DNA of 63,989 nucleotides, counting the filler, from Dirinaria sp. TL-2023a (Eukaryota), in NCBI GenBank assembly GCA_051941275.1. It is 3 parts of 3 records of this genome, joined end to end, with 100 filler letters (N's around TTAATTAATTAA, not from the genome) between each part and the next. Parts side by side here need not be neighbours in the genome. Positions count along the whole stretch, not along the records: positions 23,055 to 46,001 come from JAVEBF010000214.1; 2 more parts are not named here. One strand, written 5' to 3'. Made by a program: the position numbers and the translations under genes. The notes below the pieces were generated by a model. That model did no database searches, was not told where the DNA came from, and saw only the letters and a list, made by a program, of their open reading frames with translations. This document shows, one piece after another, positions 25,910 through 38,056 of this stretch (position 1 is the first letter of the stretch; every line of letters starts with the position of its first letter).

Positions 25910-27589
25910 CGCTCCAACATCCATGCGTTGGTGCCTGATCCTGTCTCAGCCATTGTAAGAATGATAAGACAGTGGAGCAGACTTGAATCAATGCTAGATA
26001 TTTCCATAGAGTGCTTAGCTTGCATAGTGATAGTAAGCGACAGGCTAACTGCCGTGCCGTTCGGTCGAGCCCACCACTCCAGTCTCAAATGGTATTTGTA
26101 AATCATCGATGATGAGGAAACCCTCCTACTCTGTCAGCTTACTCTTATAAGACATATCGAGCTTCGAACCTGCTTATAATTAAACACTCACGGAGTCGGC
26201 GAATAAGAGTCGTGCTGCAAGATAGGGAATACAATCTATACAGGAGATATCACCAAGCGCCAAGCACTGCCGTTGCTGCCTGAACATCCCTTTGCCGTCA
26301 TCATTAGCTGACTTCGTAGGGCTTGCGATTGTACGACCTGATATATGGTGAGTCTTTCAGCTGAAGTGAGATTGGTATATGAAGAAAGAGACGATAAAAA
26401 CAATGACCAACCACACAAGAGACAAGGCTATAACGGGGGAGTGTCAAGCTCATGGGTGAGCCAACAGTCCTTGAGCTATTGAGAATATGGAGCAGATTTC
26501 ATATCTTCGTAAATGACATTTAGCATCCTGATGGTTGATGCGTACGTACATGGATTGTAGGTCTTCTCGGAAAATTCGTATATCGAAGCTGTGCCGGCGA
26601 GAACAGGCTTTGCTCTGTCTTGTTCGTAGAGAGAACGACTTCCCAGAGGATTGCTTCAGGGATGCTCTCGATAGAGCCTCGAAACTATGCGGATAGTCAA
26701 GGAGTAAAGTCTTTTAAACATCGTACTCTTCTATCCCGTTCGTTGACGAAACTCTCATGAAAATCCTATTAGCCTTCGATTACCCTTCAAGAAGCCACCG
26801 TAACTTAATCGCTTGTGTTCTGATTACCGCATCAAGCAGTAAAGATAGTAGGCAGCCATGGACCGACTATGTATTGTGTAGTTGAGGAGAAAGACTCTTG
26901 TCGGTGTAGAAATGATTCTGGCCGACCATGGTCACCTCTAATGGCCGAGTCTTGCTTGAAACTTGGAGCGTCGCTGATCTCCACACTGAGGGAGTCCAAC
27001 CGTCACGAATTTCACGAGTCGAGTAAAGTGATGGTCGGCTTTGACCAGGTCCGACTGAGCACTCATGCAGCAGAATTGTTCTTCAAGGTTCAAAGGACGA
27101 TTGATCAAGAATGCGGTAGTTGGCAGAGCTTCGAACCATGGACTGCCAATGTCCAAGCATATCTCGAAACTTTCACCGTCTTAGATTATATGCAGACCGT
27201 CAAAGATTATTCGGAGTGTTATTAGACTTACGGTCAGCTGTGTAGAATTATATGTCGTATCCGGAATGAATTATCTGAAAAGATCTGATCGGGCTTGGCA
27301 TGGGCTCGGATAAACGTCGGCACAGATGCAAGGGTACCTTATAAGAAGGACGTCTTGCAGTGATGGTAAGGTATGTATCTTCTCGATCACCTTACAGTTG
27401 TTCGAGGAATCTACTACCATTCTTCGCCTGTCATCACGATTAATCAGGAGAAACCAGACGATATGCCAGCATAGCAGAGCAAGCCAAAGAGGCGAATTGC
27501 ATGCACAGCTCCCAAGAGCGCAGCTAACAAGGCCGCTTAGGTTTTTCTATTTGTCAGTGGATTCGAAGAAGGCTAATATTATTTGCAGC

Positions 27590-27720
27590 ATCGCGAGTAG
27601 GGCGACCACTCCACCTCTACTAAGGCTGTCTCCTGAACTCCATACCAAAATGTGAACTGAAGTGCTGGGCGGGCGCCTCATGCGCATTGCGTATCATGAC
27701 GACGATGGCTGGATTTCGAG
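27590..27720 (+). pseudogene. Relic of an F-box-like/DUF7730-type gene
   Basis: Reads ATTPPLLRLSPELHTKM*TEVLGGRLMRIAY, resembling the common fungal SPLLRLPxEIRxxIWxxVLGG motif, with TGA (27653-27655) at the Trp position. Confidence 0.45.
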
Positions 27721-29664
27721 GCGAACGAGGAAGTACATCTTTCGACGGAGTCGACCTAGTACCCTTAAAGAAAGTTCACATCCCATAGTGGAACAAGCCT
27801 TTTGCCTTGGACTAGGTTAGATCCTTATCTGGCTTAGGCGCCTTGTGATTTCACATGCCATCACTATGGACACCGATTTTTATCATGACTGTTCAGACTC
27901 TTCTCCAGTTCTGAGTTTCCAGACAAGCTTACTTTTTACGAGAGTCGGCGGAGATCTCGAACATTGCCTTTGGCCAGCGCCGAGATCGTGTTCGAACCTC
28001 CCAATCATAATTTCGAAGATGGACCTCGGACAAAGATCGGAAGAGAAGAGCCTGTCAATGATTCATAGAAGATTTTGCTTAATCCACGGGGTGCAGGGGT
28101 TGCAGAAGGCTGTGGAGGCACAACAAAACTTCTAAGGAGGAAAACAAGAAGGGTCGGCAGCAGGGCAAGCCGGAAGCCCGGAAACCAAGAACGTGGCTGC
28201 CGGAACCCTGTTGTGAAGCCGTGGCTCTGCTTGTTTATCCAGTAATAGATACGGCCTTCAACCGCTAGGGACATGGGTCAGACAGATCTGGTTCCTACTT
28301 CATGATCAACGCAGCTATTAATAGACCAGCTTCCCTAAACCTAAATGCTAATGCCCCAGATCATTAAGGCAGCCTACACAAGGTAGGCCGGACTCATTAC
28401 GATGGTTACTCTACTGGCTGCCTCAACCACGTTCGCTAAGTCTGCGACAGCGTTATTTAACGGTGTCGTTTATGACCGCAGCAGTCGAGTTTGAGTCTGC
28501 ACAAAGGTGATCTAACTATGCTATCCCTTAACGTTAGCAAGCACACCTTTTAGTGGCGTTGGAATCAATGGTCAAGAAATACCCATGAACGGTTATTTCC
28601 GCATATGAGACAGAGCGGCTGAGATCGAACAGACATTGTAGATACTGCTTCTCTCATCCAAAAACTCTGTAAAGTCCGCAGCTGCTTGTAAATTGCAGAG
28701 ACCGGGTTTATGCTCGACCTTGAAGTAGCGCTGCCAAGAAAAGGAAAGGCAATGACTTGGTGGGAGCTGGAAGTCTGTTTCCTAGCATTATTGTGTTCCC
28801 CAGCGATAGTGCAATCCTAGGCCGGCATTTCTCAATTCCTATAAATCTTCTTCGATAGCTGGGCACTCGAAAGCTAAAGATCGTACGGTTTCATCATTAC
28901 GTTCGTATAACATCTCTACTCTCTATCCAGAATTTTCCGCCTTCATGAATATCCACATTCGATATGACAGAATTTATGTCTCCTAAGCTACACATACGTA
29001 CAGCAGGCGTGATTTGACTATAGGCCGCAAGGATCTCGCATACCTTTCTCTTGCAAACCCGCTTGTGATTCGGTCCCATTTCTTGATCTGCAAAACTCAA
29101 TTTCAATACCCTCAGGACCGTCGTTATTTCCGTCGTTTGCCTTCTTCTTTTCATTCTCGATACTCAGTTACGATTGTTGCATTTTTATTGTAGCTTGTGG
29201 GTAATGTATCTTCGACGTGGCTGTGAATATAACGCTATGTTTCAATTCTCGTGAAGTCCCGCTACCTGCCTCGTAACGCAGCATTCTTTAGTGGCCGAAA
29301 TGCCATTATCTGCCTACTAACACAGTTTTCCTAAGTGGTGCCTTTCAACCCACTTCTATGGCCTGAATTGCCTTCGTTGGTAGCATGTCTCACTACCGAC
29401 TGCGGGATGCCCCCAGACTGTCCCAAGACCTCTAATTTCACGCATTCACCGCATACACTGGCCTTCGCGCTTTTCTTCGCTTTCTTTGTAGTAATCTTTG
29501 GATATTCAAGACATGTGTTTTATTTGTTGAATGGCGTATGCTAATGTCCTTTCAGAACTCTCATATAGCCCTACACATCACCCTTCGGCGGCAAATATTC
29601 ATGAAAGGTTCTCCGAGCGTGTGAGTAACGGAAGAGCTCGGCTGCCCTAGAAAACATTGAAAAC

Positions 29665-30708
29665 TCAAAGAGCTCTATTCGCGTTTGGTCTTCGGCTGGC
29701 ACGTTTCGATATCATGTCTCTTTTCGCTTTCGCATCTTCATTGTCAAAAGGGCTTATATCAAGGTTGGTGAGTTCTGCAGTCGCAGCAAATTGCTGCCCG
29801 ATCCACGCCTGTACTAGCACAGGTTTGCACGTCTGTTGGACGAGATAAAATTGCGCCGTTGCCAGTAGAATGGAGCAGACGAATTCATACGAGAACCCGT
29901 GCAGAGACGCCGACAGCGGCTCTAGTTGCAAGTCGAATCTGGTTCTGTAGGGAGGAAATACGGCCACAAACCTGTCTCCGGTAACTCGTTGGGTGATGTC
30001 GACGACAGCTAAATCAGTAAAACCGCCGATGATGACCATCATAACTTCTTCGAAACTCAAATCGCTGCCGGAAAGCCAGTGAAAACTCACGCGCGCATTA
30101 TTTCGGCCCTTCAATCGTAGAAAGCCGGTCGACAGACCTGATCCGGTAACATTTTGGAATCCAGCGGTATAATTTCCTTCAATTTTCTCACGGCGACCGC
30201 CGTAAACGAACCATATCGTTCCGACCAGGTTTCGCTGCCATTTCAAATCGAAACGCCAGTTTTGGAACTCGTGGTAGTCGACCATGTATTTCATCGCAGT
30301 AGTCAGGCCCCAGATCATATACTTAACGGTGAATCCTCTGCCACGTGGTCCGGCCAGGTTCAGAATAATGTCTGGGTATTGAAGAAGTTGGTAAGACTTT
30401 GCAGCAGGGGATACCGAGTCTAATTGGGAGTAAGCAAGGTCTGAAAAAGCGGAGATAGCGACTCCAAAGCACCCTCTTTCGTTCAGGGGCCGAGTGCCGC
30501 CAGAAACTTCAAATGCGAAGCCTTGAGGTGGCAACCGGGCTGACACATTGGATGGTACGCTCGTCGATGCTTCTCGCCCAACTTTGAGAGGAGTTTTAGG
30601 CCCGTCAATGGAGATGCTATTTGCAGATGTAGCTCCTGTGAATGCTATGATAGCTGCGCCGCACACCCAAATCAAGACAGAACAGCCAAGACTCGCATTT
30701 CGGCACAT
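29665..30708 (-). CDS. Orphan predicted secreted protein (about 347 aa, intronless)
   Basis: Long ORF; hydrophobic signal-like N-terminus (SVLIWVCGAAIIAFTGATSA); two loosely similar halves. Confidence 0.7.
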   Translation of the reverse strand: MCRNASLGCSVLIWVCGAAIIAFTGATSANSISIDGPKTPLKVGREASTSVPSNVSARLPPQGFAFEVSGGTRPLNERGCFGVAISAFSDLAYSQLDSVSPAAKSYQLLQYPDIILNLAGPRGRGFTVKYMIWGLTTAMKYMVDYHEFQNWRFDLKWQRNLVGTIWFVYGGRREKIEGNYTAGFQNVTGSGLSTGFLRLKGRNNARVSFHWLSGSDLSFEEVMMVIIGGFTDLAVVDITQRVTGDRFVAVFPPYRTRFDLQLEPLSASLHGFSYEFVCSILLATAQFYLVQQTCKPVLVQAWIGQQFAATAELTNLDISPFDNEDAKAKRDMISKRASRRPNANRAL

Positions 30709-32761
30709 GGCTGTTTTAGTGTCTACCACGCTACCGTTCAGTTGGTCTCGGGAGGTTCAAACGGGATTCATAATATTTCGAAAACACAACGCTGTTCGGA
30801 AGAGGAGGCAAGCGCATATCGGGAGCAGCCTGGAGGCTCAAGCCGTTTTCCAAGCGCAAGGGTTTCCGCGTATCTCAATTGCCGACAGCTTTTAACCACT
30901 GACCCTATTTCATCTTTTCAAGCCTACGGGCTGTGACTTTTGAAAGTTTCGCGATGTCACTGAACGCAAAAATTCATTGGTATAATCCAGCTTTTATTGT
31001 CATTAACGGTACCACCAGTGACGAGAGCAATGTCCCCAAGGATATTGCTTCTAAGGTACTCACGTGGCACGCTGCATAGCCCGGCTCAAGCCAAGGGCGC
31101 ACTGAACAGCTATAAGCGCCATCGCAGCTAGGACTCTGACAGTAGTGGAAGCTTGCTTCGTTCAACGGGCCCAGGCCTAGCAACTGAGTTCTGGGTGAGT
31201 ATCCTCGGACCTTTATTCTGCTATTCAGTATTTATTTACCTCTCGATTTCCCTGCAAAGGTCCCAAAGCGGTGCCCGGAAACATGATTCTCACGGTCTAG
31301 ACAAACAACAGCAATTCTCTGCGTAGGGTTTTTGTGATTTTCCGAGAAAGCGATGCAAGCCACTGCTCGATTAATCATAATCACATCGTGCCGGAACTCT
31401 TTTTCGAAGATCGGCCACTAGGACCTTCTTGTCCCAAGTTGGCTTGCGCTACAATCACTACTCAGATCTTTAGTACAGGAGATAGCTGGGTACAAGATTA
31501 AGACGACGCTGGGGAGAGCATCTTTGAGATCTCATTCCAACTTAGCCAAGGACTCGCATGGAATTACGCCCGTGGCATGGAAGTCGATCTCGAGATACCA
31601 GACTCTGTCATCGGGTTGAAGACGCCAGCAGTAATCAGCCTTCCCCGCCGCAAGAGGGTCGCCTCTTTGTCGTTACGCTAACATCCTAATATGAAGAAGT
31701 CTCGCTACCACCTTATAGGGCGAGAAATTGGATAGGCGATCTTGCCCGTCTGGCGAGGTAAAGAGCACGCAGCGAGTTTTTTGGGCACTTCGTGAGCAAC
31801 ACGCTGAGGATATGCATTGGGCGGACATGATGCAAACGGAGGTGGAGAGCGGTACAGTCTTTGACGAAGGAGCAGAAGGCAAAGTGTTCGGAGTATAAAT
31901 ATGGCAGGAGCCTGAGGTGGAGTGAATTTTTTTCGCTGAATGCAGGAAGGTAGTTGTAATACCATTCTGTAGAGAAAACGACGAGGACTGGCAAGGAATC
32001 AAGGATGCTGAAGGATCAGCATCATTTTAGAGACTGTCAAGGTATAAAGCCAGGTCATAAGCGATGACTAAAGAGAATAAATGATTTGCGCTTAATGATG
32101 ACCAGCAAGATGGAAATCGAGGAATACTATAAGACACATATGATCTAACACAGATGGCAAATCGATCTAAGCAGTTACACCAACTCCAACAGCAACGCTC
32201 TTTAATTATAATAACGGCCTGGTTATTGTGTAATAGCAAAATCGGAAAACCGAACTTACCGATTCTTTCTCCCACAGTCTTAAATTTCCAGACTTTTGAA
32301 CTATGTAGAGAGATTCCCTGGAGGGAAGATCTGTACCACAGTTCTATTTTGAAGATGACATTTTGCGGATTTGCTATGAATGGGTTGTCTCATCGATTGA
32401 AATCTTACGTGTACGATAACCATTTTTTCTGCGATTTTACATACTGAGATTATATACTGAGATCATATCCTGGGACGAGAACTTGTCTGGATAACACTTT
32501 TTTCTAAAAAACTCGAGCTCGATCACTTCTGGAAGACCTAAAACCCATCGACCGCACTAGTAAGCTAGCTTGTCTAGAACGCCATTGCCACCAAAACCGG
32601 AATCGAGGCACCGACGCATTCGACACTTGTTCCGAGCACGATGGTGGTGCATAAAAGTAAGCAGTCAGTGCTTTCGCTTGAGAGCAAGGGCCAGACCAAC
32701 TTCAGCTAGGTCTCTGGGTTGTAAAGGAATATTGTTGAGCTGGAAAGGGGGTCGTAAATAT

Positions 32762-34147
32762 TTATTGCGCCGCATCGCCTGCTCGTACAGTTGCTAATTT
32801 GCCTCGAACTGGTACAACCGCCGAAGAAGAAGACGTCGGAAAGCCCACGACGTTGACTCCGTTTCTGAAGAGCAGACAATGGGTAGAACCCCCGTAACGA
32901 AACATTCCCAACTGCTCGCCTTTCTTCACGTGCTGACCGTCCTTGATTGTTGTTTCGCATGTCGAGACCTCGGCCATGCCAACGAACAGTGCACACATTA
33001 ATCCAACGTTCGGGTTGTCAGATTGAATGAAGATGATCGCACGAGATGCCGTAGCTGTAAGATAACCTTGGCTAGCGAGCATCGTGTCGAGATCCGGCGT
33101 CTCAGAGTTGCAGAACAACTGATAAGGCGGTACTGAAAAGTAAGTACCCTGCTTCACGTAGGCCTTGACGATCTTGCCATCAACGGGACTGTGCCAACGA
33201 TGGTAACTCAAGCTATCCAGAAAAGCCTGATAGATCGCACCACCTATGAATGCGCCACTAAGATCATCTTGGGCAAGCATATCCTCGACCGAGTATAGCT
33301 GACTTTTGAGCCAGAATTCTTCGCGAGATTTGAAGTTGTACGCAATGTTCAACGGTCGAGATTCGCATGCATTCACTATGATTTCAGACTGATCGGGCGC
33401 AACAACAGGTCGAATACCTTCGAAGAAGCGGAATCGGCGAGTAAAGAAATCATCCCATGAAACAAAGCCATAAAACTCTTGGCTAGCGTCATAGATGTAT
33501 AATTCTTCGAAGGAGTAATTCGATCCCGTTGGGTCATTCGCTATAGCCGTCAAGGCCTCGAGCGCGGGTGGACTGAACCAGCCGCCAGGCTTATTTGAAA
33601 GGGTTTGCTTTGATGCTGGGCTTGCCAGAAACTCGTTCCAGTGACTGAGTATTTTGTTCATCACAGCATTGACGGCGGGATCCAAGAAAACAGATGCGCC
33701 ACTTCACGTAGACATGGGCCATGCCAACAGCACGTTGAGCGGAACTCCTGCAATACTAGCTCTATAGGCGCGATCATTTCGTTCTGGTGCTGTAGTGATT
33801 ATGTGATTCAATACAAGCAGCAGGTGGTTAACGTCTCGTATGGTACGATAATCAGCAAAGTCGTGATTATACGGCCCCGTCGTAGGAATCTGCTCCAACA
33901 TAGAGGTGAACAGCATGTAATACCTACTGTTGTTATGAATCAAGGACTGAAGCTCACGAACAGCGGGTACAAGCTCTTGAACGTCATCCTTGACGTTTTC
34001 AGCAGTGAGGTGTTCGAGCCATCTTTTCTGTGCCTGAAGAAAATAACGCTCTCTCGGTATTTCTACCATATCTTGAGAGCCAGCATACAGTTTCCCCAAT
34101 ATAGAAAATTCCAAAGCTATATCAGAGCTTCTGTCGATCACAGACAT
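32762..34147 (-). pseudogene. Phosphatidylserine-decarboxylase-like / PsiD-family pyruvoyl decarboxylase interrupted by one in-frame TGA
   Basis: GVPLNVLLAWPMST*SGASVFLDPAVN (ORFs 33704-34147 and 32762-33685 share a frame); YGFVSWDDFFTRRF, NACES, YHRWHSPVDG, GMAEVST, GMFRYGGSTH (GGS self-cleavage motif). Confidence 0.8.
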
Positions 34148-37100
34148 CTCTTATAGATTCGGGTCTCTACTTCGTAAGTAGACACATAATATTGGGATAG
34201 CGGCCGCTGTTTCTAAATCAGTCTTCTGCGAATTCACCGAAGTTCGAACAAATTGATTTGAAAAACAGAATTTAGATAGTGATTGCCGCAAAAGTGAGTC
34301 AAATTTTTGCTCTGTTGCTGCTAACGATAAGAGGAAAAGATCACAGCATGGGCTGCTATTAAGTTCGATTCTGATACTCAAAAGAAGCCTGCGTATAATT
34401 GCCATTCGGAACCCCGGATGCCACGACGTTGACCGAGCATCCAGCACTTTACGCTACATCATGTTTAGGTTTGCCTAATATTCTTAGTGAGTGAATTGAC
34501 GTTTACCACCGCTCAGCTGCGAGCCAGCGATACGTATATGAGGACTGTATCTCGAAATAATGCCTCCCATAGAGCTTAACAGCTGCAAGGTTTTCACGAT
34601 CATCATAGAAGTGAGAATCTATTGCCTACCTATGGCAAGTGACACTTAAATCCACTCATTGACCATGGTGATTGAGAGTATGGTCTAGCGCAAGCATCGT
34701 AACGCTGTTGCAGGATATTGAGATTCGGTTTGTACGAGGTACAACTTGGAGCCGAGCACACAGAAGCTCCGTTATATCGTACTTAAAAAAGTTTCAAAGG
34801 CCATTCTATTTGACTGAGAGCAGTTTTGCAGCGGCTTCAGGAGGCAGTACCAGAAAGCTATGTCTTACTAGTGGGCTCACTGTTGAACAATCCGAACTCT
34901 AGATAGTTCCTCGTCATCTTTTTATTTAATGAACTTTTTACTGAGGTCAATCAGAGGGTGTGCTTGTCTCTTGGACAATGGCGAAAGAGCCTTGGCTTGA
35001 AACAGGCGGAACGTTTGCAGACGAACGCAGCCCTACTACACGAGTGACTTCGGCTCGTGGATCTTGCTAAACTTGCTTCAAGACCCGGTAATGGTAGCAA
35101 CATTCCATCATGCTTGGTTCCGTCCGTATCAGAGGCAATCATAAAGGTCTTCTTAATGCAAGCTAAAGACAGCAAGTGGTCGGTGAATGCGGAGACACCT
35201 CCACAAACGTGTAATTAAAGCGTTCAAGAAGTTCAGGAAGTCAATGACTGGGCTTGGTAAACCCATCCAACCGCCGCCGCATTGACCACAAAGATTGCAT
35301 ATGATCTCAAACCTGAATGCACAGGAATTGACTAGTATCTCCATGGCGGATCTGGAATCTCATAGGAAAATTCCGTGGCGCATATAGTTTTCGCGTCATC
35401 TATTCCTCGGCATCTAAGTCGCTTATATCGGCACGCACATTAAGCATTTTTCCTTGGTGAGTCAGGCCGTGCACTGCCAGCTTTTCGGGGACTCCGTCAG
35501 TATGTTCTTCAAGTCCTATTATTCTTGAACTCTTTAATACTTGCATGTAATGAGTCCATATCGAGTGGTAAGTGATTCTCCCGCATTCCGCTTCCCGCTA
35601 GATCTTGCAATATGCAACCCTTGCCCGAACTAGAAGTATTCTCTTTACTTGTGATATGGAAACGTCATGGTGAATCCTAGCGGTTGCAGCAAACAATACC
35701 CCAGGCCAAAAGATTTGTTATCTTTTGTGATAGAAGTTGCTTTTTGAAAGTGTAGACAGAACAGCGACTTGAGGTTAGGGAATGTCGATGGCCTGAGGAA
35801 CGTGCCTGCTCTAAAGGTAGTCAATACATCATCTAAGCTTCATGTGGGTAAATGACTGGATCTGCTATGATTGGTCTTGCTTGGGAAGGGTCCAGCATTG
35901 CTTCTCAATGTCTGTCGAGGATTTACTAAACTCTTTGAGCTCCTTACCTATCCCGACTGCCACCGGAACAAAGGGCCTTTGACTTGAGTGGAATATGCAT
36001 TCCAACTTTAGAATAACCAGAATATGTCCTGTGCCATCTATATTTTATGCATTCACCCAGACATTCCGTCCATTATCGTTCATGCGATTGGCGATAGATG
36101 ATGGGTAAGTGGGGATTTGGAGGAAGAATTATACACTGCAGTCATTATTATGGAAAATGGACTCCTTCTGGGGAATATGTACGCATGGACCTAATATAGC
36201 ACAAATGCTGCAAAGTCTTTCAGCCTTGCATTCCGCGGCTTTCGAGGATGAAAACGGTTCACAGCCGCTGTTGCATGAGATGGCGAAGGGAAGCGCGCCC
36301 CGTCCGGCCGCCACTGCTGCTCTCGCGGTTTGCAGAAAAAATGGGACACTTTGAGCGAGTCTTGGGGCCTTTAGTGTCACATTTTTTCTGCAAACCGCGA
36401 GCTGCTGCAATCAAAAGCCGAAATTAGAAGCCAATCATCGGTATCTTGGGGTTAACAATCTTATAACTACGATTCGAGATCCGACACCCTCGCCAGAATC
36501 TTCGTAGATCTTACAGAGTAGTCAAAGAGCCACGGCGGAAATGCGAGGCTCATTAGTGGCTGTGACCGAAACCGAGTTGGCGGAACGATAGGCGCATGCG
36601 GTAACGGGGCTTCCTCAGGGCTCTCCACCCGCTTTAGCGAGTCCGTGTCCCTGAGCCAATCTGTCAGGTTGCAGGTCGCATGGAGCCAGGTCCCCTTCAA
36701 AGTCTATCATTTCCTGGTTCGATCTTCCTAGTGTGATGCTGGTACGATCATAACCCTGGTGCAGAATCCAGAAAGCTGGAATCGACACCCTACTGCGCCC
36801 CAATCTTACAGCGACGTTGACGGTCGGACCATGGGTAAACTTTCCTGCTGAACGCCTAGTGGCGCTCGGGTTTCGACGAATCTCATCCTTTTTCCAGCAT
36901 GGGCTTAAAGCTTTCTGAGACCTAGTAGCACATGTAAACAACCGATCAAGTCAACAACGCAGTGGAGCTAGCGAATTCACATGCAAGCTCTTGATGGACG
37001 GTCGGACATCACTCGGTCGTTAGCATGCAGAGCTGGCTCAGTTTCATACAGTTTCTGAGTCTGCGGTCAGACAATGACGCTCTGTAGAAAACAAATATCC

Positions 37101-37420
37101 TGGTAAAGCAGCGTTCCATGAAAACGGGATCAATGTCCGCCAGTAGCTTCTTGACATGGCTGACAGATGAGTCTCTCAGCGGGACACCTGCGCGTACTGT
37201 AGCAGCGGATCAAAAATTACTTGTACAGCCTTTTCGCCATGGCCAGAATAGATCTTAAAGCGCTAGATGAAGGCAGCCTCGAGTGCTTAATAAGTTCTCC
37301 AGGTTTGGTATTATTGCTCACAGGTGAAACCTATCTGCTTTCAGTGTTAATCCCAGGTTCGAATAAGTCAGTCTCTATTAAGGTATCCAACAGGCCCAAA
37401 AGTAATCGGCGATCAGGAAA

Positions 37421-38056
37421 ATGCATCCTTGTTTTCTGTTTTCTTCCTTTCTGACTTCTCTCTTGATATCGTCTATCACAGCAGCGCTCCCAGTCTCTAA
37501 TGTATTCGACCAACTTTCCCCCTATTCAAGTGTACAATTACTACGCGGTCCGCACCAAGGTCGTCATGTTCTCAATCCGTCTGTGGCCCCATCCGGCACA
37601 TTTCATAGCTTCCCCCACAAGCGAATGTACCGATTTCCTTTGGAACGCAACAGGGTGAACTTGGTATACTGGCAAACCATTTGTGCAATCGTGCCCGTTG
37701 CACCAGCTGCGAAATGGCTCGAAGAGTTCTACGCTAGCATTGCTACACTGGCCTCCACAGAATGGGCCGCCACCCCAGAAACGGATAATTTTGCCATTGT
37801 GCAAGGGCACTTCCGATTGTCCTTCAATTGCCTTGGTGATAAAATCCCATGGCAATTTGTGAAACAGATAGCGGACAGGCTATACGAAACCGCTGCACAT
37901 GGGTTTGCAGATCTCTTTGAGATGGTATATCAAGATGAAGCGAAGGGGATTGCGGTCAGGATTATCATGGATTTGGTGGACGACAATGGTTCATCTTCCT
38001 CCGGGGACGGCGAATTCTGGAGAGAAGGAAGTGTGCCAAGTGTTGTTTCGCCATAG
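37421..38056 (+). CDS. Orphan small secreted protein (211 aa, intronless)
   Basis: Signal-peptide-like MHPCFLFSSFLTSLLISSITAALP; uninterrupted ORF. Confidence 0.7.
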   Translation: MHPCFLFSSFLTSLLISSITAALPVSNVFDQLSPYSSVQLLRGPHQGRHVLNPSVAPSGTFHSFPHKRMYRFPLERNRVNLVYWQTICAIVPVAPAAKWLEEFYASIATLASTEWAATPETDNFAIVQGHFRLSFNCLGDKIPWQFVKQIADRLYETAAHGFADLFEMVYQDEAKGIAVRIIMDLVDDNGSSSSGDGEFWREGSVPSVVSP

